From: Actinomycetes bacterium
GTDB taxonomy: Bacteria > Actinomycetota > Acidimicrobiia > Acidimicrobiales > Bog-793
Length of the DNA: 64,000 nucleotides
Direction: 5' to 3'
NCBI GenBank assembly: GCA_021797795.1
Contig: JAJZZB010000004.1
Coordinates: forward strand, 6,791 to 70,790
This document shows, piece by piece, positions 9,347 to 18,867 of this stretch. Both the position numbers and the translations under genes were made by a program. Under the pieces are notes generated by a model. The model was not told the origin of the DNA. It made no database searches and was given only the letters and a program-made list of their open reading frames with translations. Positions within the stretch are counted from its first letter, which is position 1. Each line of letters starts with the position of its first letter.

Positions 9347-9931
9347 TCAGCGCTTCTTCGCCGACCGAGCAGTGGCCTTCTTGGCGGGCGCCTTGGTAGC
9401 CGGGGCCTTCTTGGCGGGCGCCTTGGTAGCCGGGGCCTTCTTCACCGGGGCCTTGGCGGCCGCGACCCTCTTCATCGGGGCCTTCTTGGCAGGGGCCTTG
9501 GCTGCCGCCACCTTCTTGGCAGGGGCCTTGGCTGCCGCCACCTTCTTGGCAGGGGCCTTGGCTGCCGCCACCTTCTTGGCAGGGGCCTTGGCTGCCGCCG
9601 CCTTCTTGGCCGCCGGGGCGCTCGCCCCGGCCGCGTTCGGCTTCGGCAGCGCACCGCGAGAGTTCAGCTGGCTCTTCAGGGTCGCTCCCGGGGAGAAGGC
9701 CATCCCCTTCGAGGCCTTGATCCGGACTGCTGCGCCTGTCTGGGGGTTGCGACCAGTTCGAGCTGCCCGCTCGCGGAGCTTGAAGGTGCCAAAGCCCGTG
9801 ATCCGTACCGCCTGTCCGCCGCGAACAGCAGACGTGATCTCGTAGAGAGTGTGCTCGATGGCCGCTTCGGCCTCGCGGCGACTCAGGCCCGACGACTCGC
9901 TCACCCGACCGATGAGCTCTGTTCTGTTCAC
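9347..9931 (-). CDS. hupB: HU/histone-like DNA-binding protein with Lys/Ala/Pro-rich repeat tail
   Basis: HU fold: NRTELIGRV .. [21 protein letters not shown]. The C-terminal ~100 aa are [20 protein letters not shown] repeats. The second GTG (9931) has AGGAG 6 nt upstream; the track ORF starts at 9937. Confidence 0.9.
   Translation of the reverse strand: MNRTELIGRVSESSGLSRREAEAAIEHTLYEITSAVRGGQAVRITGFGTFKLRERAARTGRNPQTGAAVRIKASKGMAFSPGATLKSQLNSRGALPKPNAAGASAPAAKKAAAAKAPAKKVAAAKAPAKKVAAAKAPAKKVAAAKAPAKKAPMKRVAAAKAPVKKAPATKAPAKKAPATKAPAKKATARSAKKR
9374..9433. repeat. 30-bp tandem repeat x2 (in-frame, inside hupB)
   Basis: The unit ggccttcttggcgggcgccttggtagccgg occurs at 9374 and 9404. It encodes [10 protein letters not shown] units. 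Confidence 0.9.
9481..9600. repeat. 30-bp tandem repeat x4 (in-frame, inside hupB)
   Basis: The unit ccttcttggcaggggccttggctgccgcca is repeated at 9481, 9511, 9541 and 9571. The last unit differs only at its final base. It encodes [10 protein letters not shown] units. Confidence 0.95.
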
Positions 9932-10093
9932 CGTCACCTCCTGGTAGGACGCTTGAAGTTGTTCACATACAAGAGGAAATCCACAAGAAAATCAAGCATC
10001 CCCGCGCGAGGAAGCTCGGAGAGCCTTGAAATCGGGGGCCTTTCGGGGTGCACCGGGAGCTCTCGTCGCAATCGGCAGCGGAGGAGCGAGCCG

Positions 10094-10121
10094 GGACACT
10101 CCTTGTTTCACAAGGATGTCC
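10094..10121 (-). terminator. stem-loop immediately 3' of the acyl-CoA ligase stop
   Basis: ggacactccttgt / acaaggatgtcc form a ~12-bp stem with one bulge. It starts 3 nt after the stop at 10125-10127 on the minus strand. There is no U-run. Confidence 0.4.
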
Positions 10122-10124
10122 TAC

Positions 10125-11675
10125 TCAGTTCACCTGTCGCACGCGTCCCTGCCAGTACTGCTCGCGCAGCTTGAACTTCTGCAGCTTCCCGGTTGCCGTG
10201 CGCGGCAGCTCGTCACGGAACTCGACCGAAGTCGGGCACTTGAAGTGAGCGAGGACGCCGCGGCAGTGGGCGATGATCCCTTCCTCCGTCGCCTCTCCGT
10301 CGGGCCTCAGCACCACGAGGGCCTTCACCGTCTCCCCCCACTTGTCGTCCGGTACGCCGATGACCGCGACCTCCGCCACCGCCGGGTGCCGGTAGATGGC
10401 GTCCTCCACCTCGATGGAGGAGACGTTCTCGCCTCCGGTGATGATGACGTCCTTCTTCCGATCGGCGATCACGACGTACGCCCCGTCGAGGTAACCGCCG
10501 TCGCCGGTGCGGAACCAGCCGTCGACCAACACCTTGTCGCTCTCTTCCGGCTGCTGCCAGTAGCCGGCGAAGACGTGGTTGGACCTCGCGAGAACCTCGC
10601 CTTCCTCGTCGACGTCCATCCTCACGCCGATCGCCGGCACCCCGGCGCGCGACAGCCTGCGGGCTCGCTCTGCCGAGTCGAGTCCGTCGAACTCGAGCGG
10701 GGCACGGTTGATCGTGAGCAGTGGCGAAGTCTCGGTGAGACCGTAGATCTGGATGAACTCCCACCCGAGCTCGGTCTCGATGCGCTCGATCACGCGGCTC
10801 GGCGGTGGCGCGCCGGCGACCACCATCCGCACGCAGCCACCGCCGGGCACCGGTTCTCCTCGCTCCCGCCGGGCTTCGGCCGCCGAGAGGATGGCGGCCA
10901 TGACGGCCGGTGCCCCGCAGAGCAGTGTCACCCCCTCTGCATCGATCCGCCGCAGGATCTCCTCGCCGTCGATCTTGCGGACGACTACATGGCGTGCCCC
11001 CATCCCCGTGGCGGCATATGGCATTCCCCATCCGTTGCAGTGGAACATGGGAAGGGTGTGCATCAAGACGTCACGGTCGGTGACGGTCGTGTGCCATCCG
11101 AAGGCCATGGCGTTCAGCGTGCAGTTGCGGTGCGTGAGCTGGACGCCCTTCGGGCGTGCGGTGGTACCGGAGGTGTAGTTCACCGAGCAGGTGGCGTCCT
11201 CGTCGGGCTCCCAGCCTCTCGGGGTCCTGCCCGGTGCGATCTCGGCGAACAACTCGGCGTCCTGCACGCCGTCGAGGACGATGCGGTGCCGGGCGCCCAC
11301 CTCTGCAAGCTGCTCGTCGACCTCGGGGTCGACGAGCAGCACCTCTGACCCGGAGTGCTCGACGATGTAGCGCACCTCGGAGGAGTTCAGGCGGAAGTTG
11401 ACCGGGACGAGCGCCCGCCCCGAACCGCTCACGCCGAAGTAGGCGATCATGAACTTCGCCGCGTTCGGGCTGACGATCGCCACCCGTCCGCCGACGGGCA
11501 CGCCGAGGTCGTCGAGAGCGGCCGCCAGGCCGCGTGACCGTGCGGAGAACTCGCGGTAGGTGACTCGTCCGAGCCCTCCCTCGGTTCCCGGTTCGTCCAC
11601 GATCGCCAGGCGGTCGGGATAGACGAGCGAACCACGGTCGAGAAAGTCCGAGATCGTCAAGGGAACGAACATCAC
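10125..11675 (-). CDS. AMP-dependent acyl-CoA synthetase/ligase (FadD-like)
   Basis: AMP-binding motifs: YTSGTTARPKGVQLTHRN, GYGLTE-like QIYGLTETS, WFRTGDGGYLD, and the C-terminal LPRTATGKLQKFKLRE. Confidence 0.9.
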   Translation of the reverse strand: MMFVPLTISDFLDRGSLVYPDRLAIVDEPGTEGGLGRVTYREFSARSRGLAAALDDLGVPVGGRVAIVSPNAAKFMIAYFGVSGSGRALVPVNFRLNSSEVRYIVEHSGSEVLLVDPEVDEQLAEVGARHRIVLDGVQDAELFAEIAPGRTPRGWEPDEDATCSVNYTSGTTARPKGVQLTHRNCTLNAMAFGWHTTVTDRDVLMHTLPMFHCNGWGMPYAATGMGARHVVVRKIDGEEILRRIDAEGVTLLCGAPAVMAAILSAAEARRERGEPVPGGGCVRMVVAGAPPPSRVIERIETELGWEFIQIYGLTETSPLLTINRAPLEFDGLDSAERARRLSRAGVPAIGVRMDVDEEGEVLARSNHVFAGYWQQPEESDKVLVDGWFRTGDGGYLDGAYVVIADRKKDVIITGGENVSSIEVEDAIYRHPAVAEVAVIGVPDDKWGETVKALVVLRPDGEATEEGIIAHCRGVLAHFKCPTSVEFRDELPRTATGKLQKFKLREQYWQGRVRQVN

Positions 11676-11729
11676 TCCTGCTTAGCACCCGTTGTCCCCG
11701 ACTTCAGGGGCCCGCGCCTCGGTCTCCCG

Positions 11730-14700
11730 GTGAGGGTTTGGATAGGTTACGAAGCCGTGACACCACGGAGGCCCGCAGCACCCGAGCCCCGTGGGGCTCA
11801 GCGTCACCTCGAACCGGGAAGAGCCAGGACGCTCCTCGTGTGGCGGGCGATCCGCTGGCGGGCGGGCTCGTCGGCCATGTTCTTCGCCGTCGCCGTGGCG
11901 GCGATCATGGCCGCCACTGCCGGTCCGGTCTACCTGCGGGCGGCGGATCAGTCCCTCGTCGTCTCGACCCTCGAGCACGCCGGGGTGCTCGGCTCCGGCG
12001 TCACGCTCACGCCCGAGAACAACGGCATGCTGCCGCCGGCCGCGCTGGAGGCGGCGGCTGCGGCGGTTCCCGGCCGCAGCGGCGCCTCGCCGCGGGACCG
12101 CTTCTCGCCTGCCGTCACGACGGTCGACCTCGCCGGTCGCGTCTTCTCGCCGGTGTCGGGACTGGACGACATCATCCAACTCGTCTCGCGCACGGGAGCC
12201 TGCGCGCATCTGCGCCTTCAGGCTGGCCACTGCCCGCAGCGACCCGGCGAGGTCATGCTCTCCGCCAGGAGCGCGGCTGCCGTCCACGCAGGAGTCGGGA
12301 GCACCGTCGACATCGTCCCGCCCCACCGCGGCCGGGCCGTCGCCCTCGTCGTCTCGGGCCTCTTCGCCCCCGGCAGCCCGTCGGCGCCCGCCTGGTGGGG
12401 CCTCGACTACTTCCCCTTCGGCCAGACCCAGGGGCACACACCCCAGCTCGACGACGCCTTCGTCACCGAGCAGGGGGCGCTCTCGCTCACCTCACGCCTG
12501 CCGTCCTCGGACTGGCTCCAGCTGGCGCTTCGCCCCCGGCGGATCTCTGCCAGCGCAGTGCCGTCGGTTCTCGGCGGGCTCGCCGGATGGACCGAGACGC
12601 TCCAGACGAAGGACTCGATCCGCGTCGGCACGAACCTGCCGCGCGCTCTTGGCGCGGCCGAGAGCCAGGAGCACTTCGCCGAGACCATCGTCACGATGGT
12701 CTCGCTCGAGCTCGTCCTGCTCGCTCTCCTCGTCCTCTACGCGGTCGCCAGGGCGACGAGCGGACTGCGGGAGGCCGACGTCAGGGTGGCGGCCCTGCGG
12801 GGTCTCCCCCGCCGCCGCGTCGTGCGGCTCGCTCTGAGGGAGCCGGCCCTGCTGCTCGTCGCCGCCCTGCCGGTCGGCATCGGCCTCACCTATGCGCTGA
12901 TGGCCGCCGTGGACCGCCATGTGCTCGGCGCGGCTGCCGGCAGCGGCCTCGACTCCCTCGCCCTCGAGGCCGCCCTGGCGGGATGCCTCGCAGGCATCGT
13001 CTCGGCCGCCCTCGGCTCGAGGGCGCTCCTCTCGGGTCAGGCTGCCGAGGAGCGCAGCGAGGCAGGCCGGCAGCGGAGGCTGCGCAATGCCGGCATCATC
13101 GACGCGCTCGGCGTGGCGCTGGCGGTGGCCGGCCTCGCTGAGCTGGTCGGCCAGAGCGGCCACCAACACCAGTCGGTCTCGCCCGTGGCGTACCTCGGCC
13201 CCGGGCTCCTGGCGCTCGGCGCCGGCGTTCTGGCCGCCCGCCTCGTTCCCCTCGGCTCCCGCCTGGCCGCGAACGCGCTCACCTGGTCGCGCCGCGGCGC
13301 CTCGATCCTCGCCAGCCGGAGTCTCGCCAGGCGAGAAGGTCTCGCCCGGCGGGTGCTCATCCCGACCATCGCCACCGGCCTCCTCGTATTCGCCGTGGCG
13401 GGTCTCACAGTCGCGAGCGCCAACCACGCCACCCAGGCGGAGTTCGCGGTAGGTGCTCCCGTCGTGCTCGACGTCCAGCCGGCCCCCGGTGTCAACCTCG
13501 TGACGGCCGTCCGCCACGCCGACCCGGGGGGCCACGAGGCCATGGCGGCCGCCGACATCTCGGCTCCTGACGGGCGGACGCTCGCCGTCGACGCCTCGCG
13601 CTTCGCAGCGGTGGCCTCGTGGCCCTCCGGGCTCACGGCTGCCTCCGCCGCCGAGGTGGCCCGCTCGCTCGTGGCGAAGGTGCCGCCGCCACGCATGATC
13701 CCGCCCGCCCGCAGCCTGGCGTTCTCGATCGACGTGCCACGTCGCCTGCAGCCGCTCCCCGATCTCCAGGTCGCGCTCTATGACGTCCGCAACGAGGGTC
13801 AGGTCGACCTCGACGTCGGTGGCCTCCGGCCGGGCCTGCACCGCTACCTCGTCCCCATCTCGGGCCTGTGCCCGTCTCAGTGCCGGCTCGACCAGCTCGT
13901 CATGAGCTGGACGGCGCCGACGCTGCGAGCGAGACCGGGGTCGGCGGCCGCCAAGCGGCTCCGCCTCGCCCGGGACTTCCCCTTCGTCCTCCGCTCGATC
14001 TCGGCCGTCGGGCCGGCGGGAGTGGCGCGCCCGGTGCGCGCCGAGCTGACAGCCTCGGGGACGTGGCAGGCAAACAGCGCCGCCTTGGTCTCGCCATCCC
14101 CCTCGGGCCTGTCGGTGCAGGCCGATCTTCTCAGCCCGAACGGTCAGGCCACCGTCTCCCCCTTCGACGTGCCCTCGGTCCTGCCGGCGGTCGCCACCCG
14201 GGCGCTCGTCAACCTCGACGCCTCGGCGAGCAGCCCCAACCAGGCCCTCGCCGTCGGGCTCGACCAGTCTCAGCTCACGATCGTGGCCCGCTCGATCGTG
14301 CCCGCCCTTCCCTCGGTCGGCGCCGACTCCTCGATGATCGACCTCGGCCTCGCCGAACGCGAGCAGGCCGGCCAGGCCCTCGGGGTCACCTGGCAGGTGT
14401 GGTGCCACCGGGCACCGAGCCCGGCCCTGTTGGGCCGCCTGCGCGCCGCAGGTGTCCGCCTCCTCTCCGCGCGGCGGGCGCGCACCGTGCTCACCGGTAT
14501 CGACCACACCGGGCCCTCGTTCGGCTTCGACCTCTACGGCCTCGCAGCAGGCGGCGCGGCGCTGCTGGCACTCGGGGCCCTTCTGTTCGCCATGGCATCG
14601 GACGCGCGAGAGCGCCGCATCGAGTACAGCGGCCTCGAGGCGGTCGGCGTGCCCCGCTCCACCTTGCTCGGAGCCCTCCTCCTCGAGTCGAGCACGCTGA

Positions 14701-14939
14701 GCCTCGTCGGCGCCGTCGCCGGCACGGCAGCCGCCGCGCTCAGCTCGTACCTCGCTCTCCAGTTCCTACCGGAGTTTCCACCCGGGCGAGTCGGAGCCCC
14801 GCTCGCCGTCGGACTTCCCTGGGCGGTGGTCGCCCTCACGGGCGTCGCCATGTTCGTCGCTCTCGAGCTGGCGGCGGTCGCCGCAAGCCTGGTGCTCGTG
14901 CGCGGCGTCCGCCCGGAGCTGTTGAGGCTGGCCCGGTGA
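11730..14939 (+). CDS. large FtsX-family ABC permease with two FtsX modules and long extracytoplasmic regions
   Basis: The two FtsX-type TM bundles are around LELVLLALLVLYAVARATSGLREADVRVAALRGLPRRR and ALLFAMASDARERRIEYSGLEAVGVPRS. The start is uncertain (GTG 11730, 11757 or 11838; ATG 11877). Confidence 0.8.
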   Translation: MRVWIGYEAVTPRRPAAPEPRGAQRHLEPGRARTLLVWRAIRWRAGSSAMFFAVAVAAIMAATAGPVYLRAADQSLVVSTLEHAGVLGSGVTLTPENNGMLPPAALEAAAAAVPGRSGASPRDRFSPAVTTVDLAGRVFSPVSGLDDIIQLVSRTGACAHLRLQAGHCPQRPGEVMLSARSAAAVHAGVGSTVDIVPPHRGRAVALVVSGLFAPGSPSAPAWWGLDYFPFGQTQGHTPQLDDAFVTEQGALSLTSRLPSSDWLQLALRPRRISASAVPSVLGGLAGWTETLQTKDSIRVGTNLPRALGAAESQEHFAETIVTMVSLELVLLALLVLYAVARATSGLREADVRVAALRGLPRRRVVRLALREPALLLVAALPVGIGLTYALMAAVDRHVLGAAAGSGLDSLALEAALAGCLAGIVSAALGSRALLSGQAAEERSEAGRQRRLRNAGIIDALGVALAVAGLAELVGQSGHQHQSVSPVAYLGPGLLALGAGVLAARLVPLGSRLAANALTWSRRGASILASRSLARREGLARRVLIPTIATGLLVFAVAGLTVASANHATQAEFAVGAPVVLDVQPAPGVNLVTAVRHADPGGHEAMAAADISAPDGRTLAVDASRFAAVASWPSGLTAASAAEVARSLVAKVPPPRMIPPARSLAFSIDVPRRLQPLPDLQVALYDVRNEGQVDLDVGGLRPGLHRYLVPISGLCPSQCRLDQLVMSWTAPTLRARPGSAAAKRLRLARDFPFVLRSISAVGPAGVARPVRAELTASGTWQANSAALVSPSPSGLSVQADLLSPNGQATVSPFDVPSVLPAVATRALVNLDASASSPNQALAVGLDQSQLTIVARSIVPALPSVGADSSMIDLGLAEREQAGQALGVTWQVWCHRAPSPALLGRLRAAGVRLLSARRARTVLTGIDHTGPSFGFDLYGLAAGGAALLALGALLFAMASDARERRIEYSGLEAVGVPRSTLLGALLLESSTLSLVGAVAGTAAAALSSYLALQFLPEFPPGRVGAPLAVGLPWAVVALTGVAMFVALELAAVAASLVLVRGVRPELLRLAR

Positions 14940-15862
14940 CCGGGGTCCCGCAGCCGGAGTACATGCTCGAGGCGACGCCGGTCGACAACGCGCGGCCGCG
15001 CGCCGCCATGGACATCGAGTGCGTCTCGTTGGTCCATCTCTACCACCTGCCCGACAACGACGTCGTGGCGTTGCGGGGAGTCGACCTCGACATCGCAGCC
15101 GGGGAGCTGGTGGCGCTCCTCGGGCCCTCGGGCACGGGCAAGTCGACACTGCTGAGGATCATCGCAGGGCTCCTCAAGCCGTCTGCCGGGAAGGTCCTCG
15201 TCGGTGGCCGTGACGTCGCCAGGATGTCGGCGGCGGAGCTGAGGCGCTACAGGGCGGTCGACGTCGGCATCATCCTGCAGGACCCGCTCGCCAACCTGCT
15301 GCCCTACGCCACGGTGCTCGAGAACCTCGAGTTCGCCGCCGAGGGCGCCCGCGACCTCGAGTCGGCGCCGGCGCTCTCCGAGCGCGACCTCATCGCCCTG
15401 CTCGGCCTCGACGCCTACGCCGACCGCCCGGTGGCGACGCTGTCGGGAGGCGAGCAGCAACTGGCGGCGTTGGCGGCCGGGGCGGCGGCAGGCGGCCGGC
15501 TGCTCCTCGTCGACGAACCGACGAGCCAGCTCGACCCCCATGAGCGGGACCGTGTCTCGGCAGCTCTGCACGACCTCCACACCGGGAGCGGGGCGACGGT
15601 GGTCATGGTCACCCACGACCCCGAGCTCGCCGCCTCGGTCCCCCGCACGGTCACGATCCGCGACGGACGGGTCGGCGAGGAGGGTCGCCACGGCACCCAG
15701 TACGCCGTCGTCGGGCGAGACGGGACGGTGCAGCTCCCGCCAGACGTCCTCGAGCTCGTCCCGCCCGACACGCTGCTGCGCATCGTCCGGCACGCCGACC
15801 GCATCGAGCTGCAGCTCCCGGACGACGGGGGGGCCTCCGGCGAGGAAGGGGGCGTCCGGTGA
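14936..15862 (+). CDS. ABC transporter ATP-binding protein (atypical helix after the signature motif, C-terminal extension)
   Basis: GTG 14936 overlaps the permease stop (GTGA); ATG 15008 is an alternative. Motifs: Walker A GPSGTGKST, LSGGEQQ followed by LAALAAGAAAGG instead of RVAIARAL, Walker B LLLVDEP, H-loop VTHD. There is a ~70-aa tail. Confidence 0.8.
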   Translation: MTGVPQPEYMLEATPVDNARPRAAMDIECVSLVHLYHLPDNDVVALRGVDLDIAAGELVALLGPSGTGKSTLLRIIAGLLKPSAGKVLVGGRDVARMSAAELRRYRAVDVGIILQDPLANLLPYATVLENLEFAAEGARDLESAPALSERDLIALLGLDAYADRPVATLSGGEQQLAALAAGAAAGGRLLLVDEPTSQLDPHERDRVSAALHDLHTGSGATVVMVTHDPELAASVPRTVTIRDGRVGEEGRHGTQYAVVGRDGTVQLPPDVLELVPPDTLLRIVRHADRIELQLPDDGGASGEEGGVR

Positions 15863-16515
15863 GCACCACCCGGCTGCAGGCCGAGGGCCTGCGCCTGTTC
15901 CTCGGCGAGCGCCAGCTCCTCGACGGCGTCCATCTCGAGGCCAACGGTGGCGAGATGGTCGCGGTGACCGGTCCGTCCGGGGCAGGGAAGTCGACGCTGC
16001 TCCTCGTCCTCGCCGGCGTGCTCAGGCCCGACGAGGGTGCGGTCGCCTACTCGACCGAGGGCGGCGACGCCCCGGTGATCGGCCTCGTCCCCCAGACGCT
16101 CGCCCTCGCAGCAAGCCTCACCGCGGCTGAGAACGTCGCGCTCCCCGTCCAGGTCCGGGGCTGCGACGCGAAGGAGCTGCAGCAGCGGGTGGCCTCCTCG
16201 CTCGAGGCGGTCGGCCTCGGGGCGGCGTCGGACCGGCTGGTCACGGAGCTGTCCGGCGGCCAGCGCCAGCGGGTCGCCGTCGCTCGGGCGCTCGCCATGG
16301 CCCCGGACGTGATCATCGCCGACGAGGCGACCGCCGAGCTCGACGGCGACAACCAGCGGGTCGTGATGGACCTCCTCGAGGAGGAGGCGGGGCGAGGCGT
16401 CCTCCTCGTCCTCGCCACGCACGACTCGCTCGTCGCCGAACGCTGCGGGCGGACCTACCAGCTCGACGGCGGGCAGCTCCTGGCGGCCTCGTCGACCGGC
16501 GGGACGGCCGGATAG
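15859..16515 (+). CDS. ABC transporter ATP-binding protein (canonical motifs)
   Basis: GTG 15859 overlaps the upstream stop (GTGA). Motifs: GPSGAGKST, LSGGQRQRVAVARALA, IIADEATAELD, LATHD. Confidence 0.85.
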   Translation: MSTTRLQAEGLRLFLGERQLLDGVHLEANGGEMVAVTGPSGAGKSTLLLVLAGVLRPDEGAVAYSTEGGDAPVIGLVPQTLALAASLTAAENVALPVQVRGCDAKELQQRVASSLEAVGLGAASDRLVTELSGGQRQRVAVARALAMAPDVIIADEATAELDGDNQRVVMDLLEEEAGRGVLLVLATHDSLVAERCGRTYQLDGGQLLAASSTGGTAG

Positions 16516-16575
16516 CAGCGGCAGCCGCCGCCGGGCGGTAGCTCGAACGGGGGCCGTGCGGCTTGCCTCTCGAGC

Positions 16576-18012
16576 GTGGACCCACTCGACGAGCTTCGGC
16601 GCGAGACGGCGGAACACGGCTACGGGATCCGGGTCGGCAACGGCAGCGGTGCTCGGGCGGCGTTCGTGCCGCCCGAGCACGGTCTCCTCGTCATCGGCCC
16701 ACCGCGCTCGGGCAAGACCTCGTCGCTCGTCGTGCCGAACGTGCTGTCCGCCTGCGGGCCCGTCGTCGCCACCTCGACCAAGGCCGACCTGCTGCGCGCC
16801 ACCTGCCATGCGCGCTCGCGCGTCGGGGAGTGCCTGCTGTTCGACCCGGGAGGGCGCACGCCACCGCTGGCCGGCGTTCGCACTGTCGGATGGTCGCCGC
16901 TTCTCACCTCCCACGACTGGGACGGCGCCACGTTGCTCGCCCAGACGATGGTGCTGACCGCCCGCCCCGCCTCAGAGCACGGGGAGGCCTACCACTGGAG
17001 CGAGCGGGCACAGGCGCTCCTCGCGCCGGCCTTCCACGCGGCTGCGCTCGACGAGATGGGGATGGCCCGGCTGGCCGCCATGGTCGACCGGCGCCAGGGA
17101 GCCGAGCTTCGAGCCGTCCTCGCCCGCCACGACGTGGAGATCCCTCTTCGCACACTGGAGGGCATTCTCGAGACCGACGAGCGCGAGCAGAGCGCCATCT
17201 GGTCGACCGCCGCCTCCATCCTCTCGGCCTACCGGTCCGAGCGTGCGCTCGCGTCGACCACACCCGAGGGCGTCGACTTCGACGGCCTCGTGAGAGGGGG
17301 AGACACCCTCTACCTCTGCTCGGGGTCCGAGGCGCAGCGCCAGGCCGCCCCGCTCGTCGCCGGGTTGATCCGCGACGTCCGGGCGGCGGCCTACCGGGCT
17401 GCGGCCGTGGGTGAGCTCGGATATGCCTGCGGCTCGCCGCCGCTGCTTCTCGTGCTGGACGAGCTCGCCAACATCGCGCCGCTGCACGACCTGCCCACTC
17501 TCGTCTCAGAAGGGGGGAGCCAGGGCGTGGTGACGCTCGCCTGCCTGCAGGACCTGAGCCAGGCCGTCGCCCGCTGGGGGCGTCTCGGAGAGGGCTTCCT
17601 CAGCCTGTTCAACACCAAGGTGGTCTTTCCCGGCGTCGGCGACACCCGTACCCTCGAGGCCTTCTCCCTCCTCGCAGGCGAGCACGAGGTCGAGTCCGTC
17701 ACCCGCACCGAGGGCGATCGCCTGACGGGGCTCGCCGGCCTGCTCGGTGCCCGCCACCCGCAGCGGCGCAGCGTCGGCACCCGCAAGGAGCGCCGGTTGC
17801 CTGTCGACCTCATCGCCCGCGGGCTCCCGGGTCACGCCCTGTGCATGGACGGGGCATCCCCCTCGTTCGTGGAGATGCGGCCGTGGTGGCGGGACCGGGT
17901 GGTCCGGGCGGCGGCCGGCCACACACCCGGGCAAGCCCGGGAGCGGGGCGGCGCCACCGGGCCGAGCGGGCCCGCGCTCTCGCGTGCCGGCGTCGCACGA
18001 GGAGGTCGGTGA
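16576..18012 (+). CDS. type IV secretion coupling protein-like ATPase (TraD/TraG/VirD4 family)
   Basis: Motifs: Walker A VIGPPRSGKTSSLVVPN, Walker B LLLVLDELANIAP, and a later VTLACLQDLSQ / FNTKVVFPG segment typical of T4CP/TraG-D_C proteins. Confidence 0.75.
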   Translation: MDPLDELRRETAEHGYGIRVGNGSGARAAFVPPEHGLLVIGPPRSGKTSSLVVPNVLSACGPVVATSTKADLLRATCHARSRVGECLLFDPGGRTPPLAGVRTVGWSPLLTSHDWDGATLLAQTMVLTARPASEHGEAYHWSERAQALLAPAFHAAALDEMGMARLAAMVDRRQGAELRAVLARHDVEIPLRTLEGILETDEREQSAIWSTAASILSAYRSERALASTTPEGVDFDGLVRGGDTLYLCSGSEAQRQAAPLVAGLIRDVRAAAYRAAAVGELGYACGSPPLLLVLDELANIAPLHDLPTLVSEGGSQGVVTLACLQDLSQAVARWGRLGEGFLSLFNTKVVFPGVGDTRTLEAFSLLAGEHEVESVTRTEGDRLTGLAGLLGARHPQRRSVGTRKERRLPVDLIARGLPGHALCMDGASPSFVEMRPWWRDRVVRAAAGHTPGQARERGGATGPSGPALSRAGVARGGR

Positions 18013-18029
18013 GGACCCCGCGCCCCGTG

Positions 18030-18785
18030 GGGACTGACGAGCCGGCACCAGTCTCCTGCGGCGCGGTCGACCGTCACGAACTCCGATCTGCCGGGCCCCG
18101 GGGCCGGTCGAAGAGACGACCACGGGGTCGCACGGGACCGATCGCATGCGGGCGGCGAGGGGGACTGGGCTCGCCCAGATGGTCGCACGTCGAGCCCCCG
18201 GCCTCGGCCCGAGCCCGTCGGCGGGACGGCCCTCACCCGGTCGTATCCGTTGTCGGCCACTCTCACCCACCCGTCCGGTGCGACTACGAGATCACGTGAA
18301 GCCCAGCGGCCCGCTCCCTCGCCGTTCGCTCCGCCCCCCACGGCCCGCACCGAGCCGTCTCCGCCGGCGGTGGCGACCCGTTACCGGAGCCGGTCGACTG
18401 CATGCAGCCGGCCCCCGCGCTCGAGATCGCGTCAGGCCGGCCAGAAAGGGTGCCGACCGCCACGCCTCGCCCCCGACGGGATGCCGGTCGCCACGGCCGT
18501 CGAGACGCAACCGGCCCTGTCCCTCCGCCAGATGGCGCCCTGCCTCGGCAGCGACCAGGGCACGCCGCCGTCTTCTGCCACCGCGACGCCGCCGACCGAC
18601 GGCGCCGCGGTGGGCTCACCCGAGGCGGTGCAGAAGGCGCCGTCTCGCCTGCCGCCATCGATCGGGCAGGCGCGGCGGCGGGAGAGCTCGGCTCCTCCGC
18701 TCGCCGGCACACCGGTCGGCGAGCGGGGGCAACCCCGAGTGGCGGTATCGGCGAGACGTGACCGCCCGGCGACTGGAGGTCGCAC
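18030..18785 (-). pseudogene. possible decayed gene (one reading frame with internal TGA and TAA stops)
   Basis: Minus ORFs 18432-18785 and 17832-18350 share one frame and are separated by in-frame TGA (18432) and TAA stops. Codon-position GC periodicity is present at 18481-18720. There are beta-propeller/NHL-like strings (DLVVAPDGWVRVADNGYDRVRAV). GC3 is weaker than in intact genes. Confidence 0.25.
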
Positions 18786-18867
18786 CCGACCGGGCGCGGG
18801 GCGAGGCAGGCGACGTCGAGGATCAGTGGTGCTCGCCTCGGCGCTCCTGCCGGGTCGGGCCCTGGCG

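Noticed and set aside
9374-9600. Regular 30-bp repeats that could suggest a CRISPR array
   Set aside because: The units are directly adjacent with no spacers. They are in frame inside hupB and encode the Lys/Ala/Pro tail.
18432-18785. Rieske-type [2Fe-2S] protein, suggested by ACPIDGG .. AFCTASG in the 117-aa minus ORF
   Set aside because: Both ligand histidines are missing (CPI instead of CPH, CTAS instead of CxxH). The spacing between the two Cys boxes is about 9 residues rather than about 15-17. It is kept only as a low-confidence ORF or pseudogene fragment.
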